64,000 nucleotides of DNA, from positions 2,914,001 through 2,978,000 of the forward strand of contig OX337230.1 of assembly GCA_946965045.2 (NCBI GenBank), written 5' to 3'. Positions 46,647 through 56,729 of the stretch are shown here, one piece after another. How positions within the stretch are numbered: position 1 is the first letter of the stretch; every line of letters starts with the position of its first letter. Below the pieces are notes generated by a model that was given only the letters and a program-made list of their open reading frames with translations, did no database searches and had not been told where the DNA came from. The position numbers and the translations under genes are program-made. Source of the DNA: Epithemia pelagica (Eukaryota; Protista; Bacillariophyta).

Positions 46647-47978
46647 ATGCCGTTCTCATCACACAACGATCAGAACTCAACTACTCCTAATAACATGAAA
46701 AATCAACGCGCTTGCATACCCTTTCCTCTCGGAGGAGGAGTCAAGATTGTCGGTGCCCCTTCGGCTTCTTTCCAGAGAACGAATTCACACAGGAAGAAGT
46801 TGGACTGATGCTTGGTGTGAAGAATGAAAAAGTGTGGAAACTTCTTCGATGCAAGCATATTCGTACCAGAAGACTTCTTGCTTTGAAACATCCTGTTCCT
46901 GGGTCTTCCTCATCATGTGGTGTGTCAGCCCCAAACGCTGTGACGCGACAAGAACTCTTCCACGAAGGCTTCCAAACATTTGGGATGGACGCCGTCCTCA
47001 ACGCACTCTCGGAAGCTCACATGATGGCCAGTCAGATCGACATAATAGCCAGTGTGACGAGTACAGGACTAGCTCTTCCGGGACTGTCTGCCATGCTGAT
47101 GCGAAGAATACCGTTCAAGAGAGATACACAACGAACGGACATTGTTGGTATGGGTTGCAATGCTGGACTAAGTGGCCACAATGATGTTGCAAAGTCTGGC
47201 CAGATCTAGAAATAGATCTTGCTTCGGTTTGCTACTTTGTTTCGAAACAAACAGTACTATGTTCGTCTCTGGGGACACCACAGGCAACGGCATTGTAAAT
47301 TCACTTTTTGGTGATGGTGCTGTGGCCCTCATCTTGGAAGCTACACCTGATGACAAGGACATTACACCAAGCATTGGCTCGCAACCAAGCCACGTACCTA
47401 CTACCCCTTCTCCGAGTATCTGGCTGTCTGACTTTGAGTCCTACACTTTACCGGAGTACTTTGAAGACATGCTCTATGCCGTGGATGCGGAATCAAAGCT
47501 GCAGCATTTTTTGCTCAGCAAGCGGATTCCAATGGCTATGGGTGAAAGTGCTTGTCTACCAGTGCGGAAACTGCTGGCACGTCATGGATTGGAGCCAACG
47601 GATGTGGACCACTGGGTATCTCATGCTGGGGGAGCCAAGGTTATGGAGCTTGTTGCCCAAGGACTCGGCATCAATGTCGAAGGTCACATGCGGCACACAC
47701 TCAGTGTGATGCGGGACTACGGAAATCTCTCGAGTGGCTCCTTTCTGGTCAGCCTGAAACGGCTGTTTGAGGAACATGATCGGATTGGGAACATGACTCA
47801 TGGGGATAAAATGATCCTTCTCTCTATGGGCCCCGGGGCAACCATTGAAGTGGCTTTTGCAGTTGTCGATGGAAACGAAGGGAACGGGCCATCATTTCGA
47901 CGACATGGCATGAATGCTCACCCAATTGGCAGTCAAAAGCAGGTACTGGAATCCGAGAGATACCATCGAACTAGTTAG
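46647..47978 (+). CDS. Type III polyketide synthase, DpgA-like; two compensating frameshifts in this sequence
   Basis: VKIVG...FTQEEV, VTSTGLALPGLSA, RTDIVGMGCNAGL (Cys), VNSLFGDGA, HWVSHAGGAKV (His), RDYGNLSSGSFL (Asn), MGPGATIE. Frame breaks at about 46769-46771 and 47174-47177. No introns. Confidence 0.88.
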
Positions 47979-48058
47979 ACCAAACATTTGGTACAAGCAT
48001 AATGTACTCCAATCTCCTTGGAGTACTCCTATGTTATACTCAGGGTTAACGCCATTCG

Positions 48059-48118
48059 TAAGCGAGTAGCGTATAGCTGTCTCCCATATAAGCGAGACAG
48101 CTATACGCTACTCGCTTA
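48059..48118. repeat. Left subterminal palindrome of piggyBac (25-bp perfect arms, 10-nt loop)
   Basis: taagcgagtagcgtatagctgtctc (48059-48083) / gagacagctatacgctactcgctta (48094-48118). Confidence 0.95.
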
Positions 48119-49187
48119 ACTTCGACTTTCATTAACTTCATCAAAAACCAAATTCTGTCAAATCTGACTTCTTCGTTGGAAAGATCTTGAAATTCTGAAT
48201 AACTTCATTTATGGTAGTCTACAGTAAATACACAGTCATTAGCGTGATATTTCGCTTTGAAAAATTGACGATTTTCCTCAATTTTGTTCATTTCGATCAT
48301 CCTTCGCCCATGGCCCAACTTTGTACTCTTATACATATCTACCATTTGGGCCAATCGTTGCAGGATTCTCCATTCCGACGGTCCATATAGTGAAGAAGAC
48401 GTCCACGAAAGGCAATGTCGTCTGCAGTTGTACCTACGGAGAACGACGATCACGAGTCCTCACAGCAGAATTCGTCACAGTCACTCCTCGATGAAGATAC
48501 TGATCAACCCGTCGCACCTCGAGCCCATACCTATCCAGATTCTTCCCAACCTATTGGTAGAGATCATCACCAACCTCATGTTGACAATGATCAAGATGAT
48601 GCTGTCGCTATTTCTGCATCACCACAACCAATAGCGAATGCGGATGGCGAGCCACCCGTCGATGCTGAGCGACCTGTTCCACCTCCACCTCCACACCCTG
48701 TCGGAAATATTGCACAAGGACAAGAAACAAATACCGAGACACAAGAACTATTACCCGAAGGGGAAAGTCTTCCGGCCCATTTGCCCGAACGAGGTCAATC
48801 CACTAAGCCACGTTCCCGATTTAGCTACTCGAAACGGTATCTCGTCTCACCTGACGATTTTTGGATTCATCCAAACTTCCACGAGGAATTTTGTCGTCGC
48901 TTTCGTCCCAACCCTACAAACCGTCCTATAAATCTCGTTGGGAAAATTGCAGAGTGTCCTACGAAGAAGAATGGAAATGTATATTCCATTGTATGGGACA
49001 ATTCAACACTCTCATCTCTCGAGGTTCCACAGAATTGGATCAAATCTCAATTCACCTCCAACTCGACAGTAAAAGACAAACTTTGTCAATGTATTCAAGA
49101 ATACAACCCAAGTCAACATGGCCAGGGAAACCAACCATCTCAAACACAACAATCGCAACAAACAAGCCAGTTGCAAACGCACCAACC

Positions 49188-49945
49188 TGATAAACTTCTC
49201 TCGATTCAACAGGGGTTAGACAGGTAGGTAGGATAGGTAAAAGGCTCGCTGAGCCAACAATCGAATCACCAACCGATACAACAATCCTCCACGGGTCAGA
49301 GAAGAGTTGCAAGTCGAAGTCCGCCGTGGGTGGGGGCAGTCGGTCCACTGATAAGAGGTTAGTCTTAAGATGAGTGTTAAAATGGTGATATTAATGATTG
49401 TGAGACGATTACTAACTAAGGTGGTTGATGGTGCCGAAGTCCTGGCTCTTGTATACGGCCATGGATCTGGTGTGATAGGTCCTCACTGGTTGGAGTAGAC
49501 CGGCATTGGTGTATATTGAATGTATAGGGTGATGGATAACATGTATGGGATGCAACAGCTCTTGCTTTGTCGTGGTATAAGTCTTGTCCTGGGCACGTTG
49601 CTGTTTGCATTCTTGGATTTGTGGGAACAGAGATATGGTCTCGCGTGATCGTGATTCGTGCTTTGATTACATAGACCGTTAGGTCGAATCGTGGATGCGC
49701 GTACTCGGATAGTAGAGGCGCGCACTTGATAGTTTTGGGCGCGCAGGTGTTGGGCCATAGTTAATATCCGAGCGGTCGCCGATAACGCGTGCAATGCGAG
49801 CATGCCGTGGCCAAATTTATACTTCCGCGAGCATGCCGACATTCTTTTCTCACTTTTAGGAAAATGTCATCGGATGCCATAAAATACTAGCATCATTCGA
49901 TGAGTTGTAGGTTTCGCCACCTAGTTTTCGGTGAGAATCCTAACA
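49188..49945 (-). repeat. 3' LTR (758 bp)
   Basis: TGTTAGG...TTTATCA on the minus strand; two substitutions versus the 5' LTR seen by eye. Confidence 0.97.
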
Positions 49946-52900
49946 CTCCCCACAATTCGTCGAATGAGGATTGTCAATTCCCTCATCACTTTCCTGGATT
50001 TTTCCTCTCCAGAATAACAAAGATCTGAGCATGGGCCAAACTGCGGCGAATTCCCAATGTTTACTGAGGATATCAGCTGGGTTTGTCTTTCCATCTTTCC
50101 AGTAGAATGCGACGTACTTTGCAGCGATAGCTTCACGGACTCGGTGATAGGATAGGAGATGGTGCCTCTTGGAGATGATTGAGTGTGGTGTGGTGCTATT
50201 GATAACGACAGAGCGGTTATCTCCAAACATGTAACTCTTCTCTCGCAGAGGGACTCCCAAGTATTGGAGTGTAAGGCGTAGCTCCGTGATCTGATCAACT
50301 GCAGTCCTTGCGGCAACAAATTCAGATCCATACGTGGCTGTTTCCACTGTGGCTTGTCGCTTACTGTACCAGTCCACGGGTGTACCATTTACAAAATGCA
50401 GGATGGCTGTAACTGCTTTCCCAGTAACCATATCATGCATGAGATTTGCGTCGACATAATGTATAGTTGTCACAAAACGCCCAAGTGGGGTTGGACAGTC
50501 CTCAGGGATACGTTCCTTGGCGTCCATGTATACGGTACGACTCCAATCGTATTCTTGGATAGGTAAAGCTGATAAATCTGGCTCCCCAGTGCGGAATCTG
50601 ATAGACCCATCAGGAAATGACATGAGGTATCCATAGATGCGTTTAGCTCGCTTCAAATGACCAATCCTTGGAGCGGCTCTGAACCTTGATAGAGTCATGG
50701 TAGCAGGAAAGACATCAAAACGGCCAATGGTAATTAGCCATTGCAGTTGTCCAATAAGAGTCTGGAAATGCTGGGTCCCTTCTTCATCTAAGAGCTCAGA
50801 GTCATTGAGTTCAGGATGATTGTTAGCAATGACTGGCGGCTTTGCTTTCTTGGGTTTCTCATTGAACAATCGTTCATAGGTATCCATCATCTTCTCGATG
50901 TACTTTCGTGGGTCAGACACAAGTGTACCGTCTGGATCTTTGGTATAACGACACCCCAAATGATACTCGATAGGTCCGACTCCTTTGAGTTTGAAGTTGT
51001 ATTTTTCTGTAAAGATCTTGCAGACAGCTTCAGGGTCCATGGCAACGATAGCTAAGTCATCAACATATACAGCGATATATTCATAACAGTCTTCTCCAGG
51101 AGCCTTCTTCATCCAAATATCAGGGTCAGCCTTGCTTGGAGAAAATCCCATATCAATGAGAACATCAAACAGTTTGTCATGCCAGCGAGCACCTGAGGAT
51201 TTGAGACCATATAATGCCTTGTAGATGATCAAGATATGTCCTTCTAACTCCTTGAACTCTGGTCCTGCAATGATGAAAATCTTCTCTCCTGTCAATGCTT
51301 CTAGGTATGCGTTCCCAATATCTGCTCCCCATATTTCCATGTCGTTCATGGTTCCAAGAAATATGGCAATGCGAAGGTTGCGAATGGAGACAACCCCTGA
51401 ATAGATGGTCTCAATGGGTTCCTTGGTGAGATGTCCATCTGCGACAAGTCGTGCCTTGTGCCTTCCGTCATGCTTGACATCAAAGACCAGATGTACTCTT
51501 ATCTTATGATATCCTTCTGGTGCATTGGCCAATTTCCCATTAATGAACTTGGCTTTTCCATGGTCCTTGAAAGTGTTATACGATTGGATCTGTGAGAGTT
51601 CCAATTCTGTTGCGTCTTGCCATTTCGTGTTCCCAAATTGCTTGTCTAGTTCCACTGCTTCTTCATAGGTGCGAGGTACTTGGAAACCAAACTTGTACTT
51701 GATAGAGCGACGAACTTGTTTGATCCTGGATTGTTTAGCTGCTCGAATGAGTCTTTTGCTCGTCTTGAAGTATCGCTTGAGATGTTTCCATCCAGGTAGA
51801 TCCAGCAAACCATTTTTCTTGGCATAGATGGCGACTGTGATGGGGTCATCATTTGCAATAAGAGATAGAGGTTCGTATGTCGTCTCCCCAGTCTCCCAAT
51901 CAACAAGGACATTATCTTTACTCCCTTTATAGTCTGGGTCGCTTGAGTTCAAAGGTCCTTGGTGTGCAATAACGTCTCTGAATCGGAAGAGACTATCCCC
52001 TGTCGTTTGGGCTTGATTATCCCTTTCAATGTATTCCATGAGCTGGTTGTAGGAGATCATCTCATCAACATTGGAGTTAGACTTGCGAAAGATATATTTG
52101 AGTCGATCTTCTTGTTTGGTTGCATCTTGTTCCAGGTCGACAACTCGTTTGATTACTCGTGCTCGGTGGCGCTCCCCATTCTCTTCAGTGTCACAAAGGA
52201 ATGTGCGTCCAACTAAATCGTCGTAGTCAATTGTTGGCATAGGTGTGGATGGGTCTTCACTTCTGCTGCGAATAAAGACAGTGTCACCTTGCTTGTCAGT
52301 GGGTTTATGCGGCGACTCCTCCCCTGAAGAGATATCCACACGAAGGTTGGGGGTAGTGGAGGCAACGCGACGGACAGCGGAACGGTAGATGATGACGTTG
52401 TCGGCAGTGAGGATCTTCCAAGTAAAGGCATCACCAACATTGTGGGCAAAACCAACCCAGTGGCCAATCTTCTCGTCGGGAGACGAAGGGTAAGAACCGG
52501 ATGTAGGTTCAGAAGGGTCGACACGATAGTAGACCTCATCCCAGAAAGGAAAGAAAAGGAGATGGGTAATGTCGGGTGGGGTACCGGTAAGAGCCTCAAG
52601 AGGGGTGCGGCCAGAGTGGGTGGGAGAGGAAGTGTGATTGAGGAGGTCACACACATATTCTAAACAAAGTAACCATGCAGAAGCAGGGCAACCAGAGGCA
52701 TTCATGATAGCATTGGTCATACGCTTAACGGTCTGGTAGCGGTTCTCAGCTTTGTTCTGGTGTTGATGATAGGGCTCGGAACGGTATTCACCAATCAGAA
52801 GGGTGCGAAGAATATCCTTGACCTTGTGGGAAATAAGTGACGAACCACCATCACTGATCAAAGTCTCCATGACACCACGTGTACGAATGTTATCCTGGAG

Positions 52901-55621
52901 GGTATTGACGAATTGCTTGGTAGACTTGATACCATAAATGTCAGTAACCAAAGTATCACGACCAACAAAAATCTGAGCAATCTTGCCACCATGGTTAACA
53001 GCCGGGGTGTCGGAGAAGATGGAGTCAGTGGCAACGGGTTCATGCCGTCGTGGTAGGTTAAGGATAGGATTCCGGGCCTTAAAGTGTTTCTTCAAGGTAT
53101 CCTGGTCAAAGGAAATGTGTCCATGACGAGTTGTATGCTTGAACGTATCGGCGATTACGTCTTCCGATTGCCACCCAAAGAAAGGGCGAAATTTCTTCCA
53201 GTCGTATTGTTCCTTGTAGAGTTTGTGGACAGACGCATGAAGTGTGGGGTCGTTGCCATGTTGATCAGCATAGATGGAAAAGAAGGAAGGTGTATCGGGA
53301 CCATGATCATATGGGAGATCAAGGAGGAGATTCAAAGTGCATACAACGCGATCGGTATACTCCCCATATTGGTCATAGGGGTACGTTTCCATACTACCAT
53401 CAGTCTCCACAGATGTCCAGTTCGGTGCAGGGTCTTGATGGGGGTCTGGATGGGTATGGTCAAGTACAGAAGGATCCCAGATATGGGGTGAAGTGAACAC
53501 AATATGCGGATATTTATCCATATCGTCATCAGAAGGGATTCCCAGAGATTGAATGTATGCAAGGCCATCCTTGATTCGTAAGGGCAATGCACGTCCATCA
53601 AGGGTAGTAATGCGTTGTTTGCCATCAACCTTGACGGATCGTTCGTCGACAGATAGGCCGAAATGTTCAAATTGCGCTGGGGCATGGATAGATAAACCCT
53701 TTCCATAGTGGGCATACTCATTGAAGATACCAATAATGGGTCCATCACTTGTATCAAACTTGGCAGCACAGGTAACAACTGGAAGGCCAGTCAATTCATG
53801 ATTGTCAATACCTACGATGGTAATATGACGTCCGGTTTTGGCAAGGATACGCATGTCAGATCCTGCAAGGCCTCCATTGGCACCTCGATCGATGAGTTGA
53901 TTACCAGAAAAGGTGGATTTACGGGAGAATAGATATCGTGACATATGAACCTTTTGCTTGTGATCAGCAGAAGACTTGAACTTGACTTTAGGACTTGACT
54001 TTGTCGTAGAAGTTGACAAGATGTTGCTGAGGTCAGATGCTGGATGATTGATATCTGTCGATGCAATAGCCTGGTGTACGAACTGGGTAACCGGATCAGA
54101 GGATGTATCGAATGGATCTTGTTCTGGTGCATCTTGATGGGTATCATCGATGTTGGTGGCATCAGGATCAGGGTCCGGTTCAGGATCAATGTCAAGAGAA
54201 TGTGTTTGGACCTTGCGTGGAGTTGTCGGGGAATCTTGGACGGATTTATTGAAGTCGACAATGATTTGCCGATCCTCTTCAGAGAGTTTAAACCATACAT
54301 CCCTTGGAAGGCTGATTTTCGACGAAGTTGGGGACTTTTCGGATTGGATATTCGTGTTGTTGATCTGGTAGTCAGGGGGCTCCACTGGTTCAAAAGGTTC
54401 ATCCAACTGAAATTCATGTTGCTTTACATGACGACGGCGGTTAGACGCAGAAGTTCGGGTAGCTTGGTCATGGTCAAAAGCAGCATCAAGAAGCAGGCGG
54501 AAATATGATTGATAACAGAGAGACTTGGCTCCAGATTTTGTGTTGACAACGTTATCCAAGATCTTGACTCGTCTTAAATCAGGTACCTTTTCAACAGCTT
54601 GCATAAGGAAGGTCATCCTTGTATGGTCATGGATACGATCCGACAGTGGTACAAGGTTATCCAGAAGTCGTAGCTGTTCTTGAAAATGTAGGAGAAACTG
54701 ACGAGTTGTACCACGCCAAGAGTCATCCAGTCGAAGATTCGAAATGTAGCTTGTTAGGCGTAACACTTCTCGCTTAGCTAGATCAGATTCAGTGTGTAGA
54801 ACATGGAGTTTCTTCAAGACGGCTCTTGCATCTTCATCATGTTCATGTTCTCGAACATATGCTCTTCCTTGGTCGGTTTGGATAATACGTACAAGTACAG
54901 AATAGACAAAGACTTGTTGTTCTCGGAAAAGTAACTCTGCGCATTCGTCATCCTTGGGTACCTTGTAATCGAAATCAAGAACATTCGACAATCCTTGTGC
55001 TTTCGCAGTTGATTTGAATACACGCCAAAACGAATCAAAGTATCGTTCGTCTTTGAATGATTCAAATGCTGTTGCATCTCTTTTGGTTCCTTTCTTGAAA
55101 GCAGAGAGATCTAACATGGATTGAGATGTTGTAGAGGATGTAGTGGGAGATCGGGATGATACGGAGTGTGCAGGTGATTTCAGAGGAGAAACTGGGTCTT
55201 GGTTCATACCAGACTTGGTAAAGTCGGTGTTGATCCTCCAATCGTCATATTGGTCCCTCGTGAGGTTCATCCATGTAGCACGGGGTAGTTTTCCATGTTG
55301 GAGTTGCCGTTGTTGTAGTAACCAATATGCCATTAGTTTGAGTTGTAATCTTGTACTTGTCTGTAGGTCGTTGACTTGTTTTCCAACCTTGTATTGCATG
55401 AGATCCTTGAGTGTCTCCTCGGGATCAGTTGCAACATGGTCGAGGACATGAAGGATATGTTCAAAACCATGATGTCGCATCCACTTTTGAAGTGATTGGG
55501 CTCGTTCATCATTACAACCAAAGATGCCTTTAGTTATATGGTCGAAGAGATCTTGGTTGGTTATATGACTTGACTTGTCCTCAGGAGGAGTAAACGGTGT
55601 CTTGGGTGATTGAGGATCCAT
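49940..55621 (-). CDS. Copia gag-pol polyprotein (protease, integrase, RT, RNase H)
   Basis: 1893-aa uninterrupted ORF: IDRGANGG (protease), ATDSIF / ISDGG / AENRY (integrase), ADIGNAYL / YVDD (RT), YVDANL / EFVA / GDN / ADILSK (RNase H). Confidence 0.97.
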   Translation of the reverse strand: MDPQSPKTPFTPPEDKSSHITNQDLFDHITKGIFGCNDERAQSLQKWMRHHGFEHILHVLDHVATDPEETLKDLMQYKVGKQVNDLQTSTRLQLKLMAYWLLQQRQLQHGKLPRATWMNLTRDQYDDWRINTDFTKSGMNQDPVSPLKSPAHSVSSRSPTTSSTTSQSMLDLSAFKKGTKRDATAFESFKDERYFDSFWRVFKSTAKAQGLSNVLDFDYKVPKDDECAELLFREQQVFVYSVLVRIIQTDQGRAYVREHEHDEDARAVLKKLHVLHTESDLAKREVLRLTSYISNLRLDDSWRGTTRQFLLHFQEQLRLLDNLVPLSDRIHDHTRMTFLMQAVEKVPDLRRVKILDNVVNTKSGAKSLCYQSYFRLLLDAAFDHDQATRTSASNRRRHVKQHEFQLDEPFEPVEPPDYQINNTNIQSEKSPTSSKISLPRDVWFKLSEEDRQIIVDFNKSVQDSPTTPRKVQTHSLDIDPEPDPDPDATNIDDTHQDAPEQDPFDTSSDPVTQFVHQAIASTDINHPASDLSNILSTSTTKSSPKVKFKSSADHKQKVHMSRYLFSRKSTFSGNQLIDRGANGGLAGSDMRILAKTGRHITIVGIDNHELTGLPVVTCAAKFDTSDGPIIGIFNEYAHYGKGLSIHAPAQFEHFGLSVDERSVKVDGKQRITTLDGRALPLRIKDGLAYIQSLGIPSDDDMDKYPHIVFTSPHIWDPSVLDHTHPDPHQDPAPNWTSVETDGSMETYPYDQYGEYTDRVVCTLNLLLDLPYDHGPDTPSFFSIYADQHGNDPTLHASVHKLYKEQYDWKKFRPFFGWQSEDVIADTFKHTTRHGHISFDQDTLKKHFKARNPILNLPRRHEPVATDSIFSDTPAVNHGGKIAQIFVGRDTLVTDIYGIKSTKQFVNTLQDNIRTRGVMETLISDGGSSLISHKVKDILRTLLIGEYRSEPYHQHQNKAENRYQTVKRMTNAIMNASGCPASAWLLCLEYVCDLLNHTSSPTHSGRTPLEALTGTPPDITHLLFFPFWDEVYYRVDPSEPTSGSYPSSPDEKIGHWVGFAHNVGDAFTWKILTADNVIIYRSAVRRVASTTPNLRVDISSGEESPHKPTDKQGDTVFIRSRSEDPSTPMPTIDYDDLVGRTFLCDTEENGERHRARVIKRVVDLEQDATKQEDRLKYIFRKSNSNVDEMISYNQLMEYIERDNQAQTTGDSLFRFRDVIAHQGPLNSSDPDYKGSKDNVLVDWETGETTYEPLSLIANDDPITVAIYAKKNGLLDLPGWKHLKRYFKTSKRLIRAAKQSRIKQVRRSIKYKFGFQVPRTYEEAVELDKQFGNTKWQDATELELSQIQSYNTFKDHGKAKFINGKLANAPEGYHKIRVHLVFDVKHDGRHKARLVADGHLTKEPIETIYSGVVSIRNLRIAIFLGTMNDMEIWGADIGNAYLEALTGEKIFIIAGPEFKELEGHILIIYKALYGLKSSGARWHDKLFDVLIDMGFSPSKADPDIWMKKAPGEDCYEYIAVYVDDLAIVAMDPEAVCKIFTEKYNFKLKGVGPIEYHLGCRYTKDPDGTLVSDPRKYIEKMMDTYERLFNEKPKKAKPPVIANNHPELNDSELLDEEGTQHFQTLIGQLQWLITIGRFDVFPATMTLSRFRAAPRIGHLKRAKRIYGYLMSFPDGSIRFRTGEPDLSALPIQEYDWSRTVYMDAKERIPEDCPTPLGRFVTTIHYVDANLMHDMVTGKAVTAILHFVNGTPVDWYSKRQATVETATYGSEFVAARTAVDQITELRLTLQYLGVPLREKSYMFGDNRSVVINSTTPHSIISKRHHLLSYHRVREAIAAKYVAFYWKDGKTNPADILSKHWEFAAVWPMLRSLLFWRGKIQESDEGIDNPHSTNCGEC

Positions 55622-55935
55622 GGTGTTATTTGGTTGGTTCGATGTTTATTTAATGTGCGGTGTGATGTGGTTTATTTAATGTGTGATGTGATGTGAACCC
55701 GGATGTACCACGTGTGCCACGTATGTACCACGTATGTGATACCCGGATGTGTGTTGTGATGTGCGACTCCTGGAAATTTCCGTTGATTCCGACAAATTTT
55801 CGCCGAGTTTCAACAAATTTTCGCCGAATTTTCGCGATTTGACGGGAATGTGTGGCGTGTTGTGCGACCAAGGGTACCCGGATGTGCGGAACTCGGTTTT
55901 GTGCCTGGTTTGGTGTAGAAACTACGTAAAGTTAC

Positions 55936-56691
55936 TTATTCTTGGTCACTTTCGGCTCGGTACTGAAGACGAGATGCGGAATCGGTCACTGTAGTGGCTA
56001 GTTCTTCAACGTCGTCGTCTTCCAACAAGTGGTTCACGTGTTGAGTGAAGAGAGGGTAGATAGTCGCACGGAAATCCTGGCAGAGATGGATCTCGTGAAC
56101 AAAGGAGACGTACTCGTCGAGACGAGTAGTCGGGGTAGGTAGCGGATTCGTCGTTGAGTTGACGATCCAGATGGTGTGGAAGTAGTTGGTTGGACGTTCA
56201 AAGGAGATGAATCGGATACGGATGGGTTCCACAGGGTTGCCCAACAGGGCTTGGACAATGAAACGGCGTCTCGAGCACTGGTACAAGAGGTCGAGAAGTC
56301 GTTGGATGTCCTCAAGGTCAGTCACGGGTTGGACGGACTGGAAATCGATCTCGCGTTCGGTTGTGGAACGGATCACGTCGGGGTCGGTAGTCGACTCAGA
56401 CGGCTCGCGGAAGTGTCGGATATGCGCAGTAAGAAGACGGCTCGTACGTCGGGTGCGAGTAGGGTTCAAACGGCGAGGCGGAGTCGAAGGGTGAGTCGGA
56501 ATCGAAGGAGGCTGGACCACTTGGTCCGGGGTCTGGAAGGGATTCGGAGCACTGGCCTGAGTCGGGGTCTGTTTAGGAGTTTCAATCAAGGGCTCGCCCG
56601 GATGGGACACGGGTGGATGGAGTTCCTCCCCGCTTTGCTGGAAGGAATGAAAGATGTGTCGAATAGAGAGGTTGGAATCGTCGTGAGACAT
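55936..56691 (-). CDS. Extra ORF in the Copia 5' leader (251 aa, unknown)
   Basis: ATG at 56691, between the PBS and gag, same strand. Pro/Thr-rich N-half and globular-looking C-half. Confidence 0.55.
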   Translation of the reverse strand: MSHDDSNLSIRHIFHSFQQSGEELHPPVSHPGEPLIETPKQTPTQASAPNPFQTPDQVVQPPSIPTHPSTPPRRLNPTRTRRTSRLLTAHIRHFREPSESTTDPDVIRSTTEREIDFQSVQPVTDLEDIQRLLDLLYQCSRRRFIVQALLGNPVEPIRIRFISFERPTNYFHTIWIVNSTTNPLPTPTTRLDEYVSFVHEIHLCQDFRATIYPLFTQHVNHLLEDDDVEELATTVTDSASRLQYRAESDQE

Positions 56692-56715
56692 CGAAAGCTT
56701 CTCGGAAATAAACGA

Positions 56716-56729
56716 TGAGACTGTTAATC
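56716..56729 (-). promoter_or_regulatory. Putative primer-binding site complementary to a tRNA-Asn(GUU) anticodon arm
   Basis: Plus strand TGAGA-CTGTTAA-TC abuts the LTR and has the form 5-bp stem, C-U-GUU-A-A loop, start of the complementary stem. Confidence 0.6.

Noticed and set aside
46647-47978. Bacterial contamination or a bacterial operon as the source of the DpgA-like gene
   Set aside because: It is contiguous with spliced eukaryotic genes and eukaryotic transposons, is divergent rather than co-directional with UbiA, and no dpgB/C/D genes are present. Long-read confirmation is still advisable.
49209-49945. ORFs inside the LTRs (e.g. 49483-49842 and 57025-57384)
   Set aside because: Short, no domain, and duplicated only because the LTRs are.
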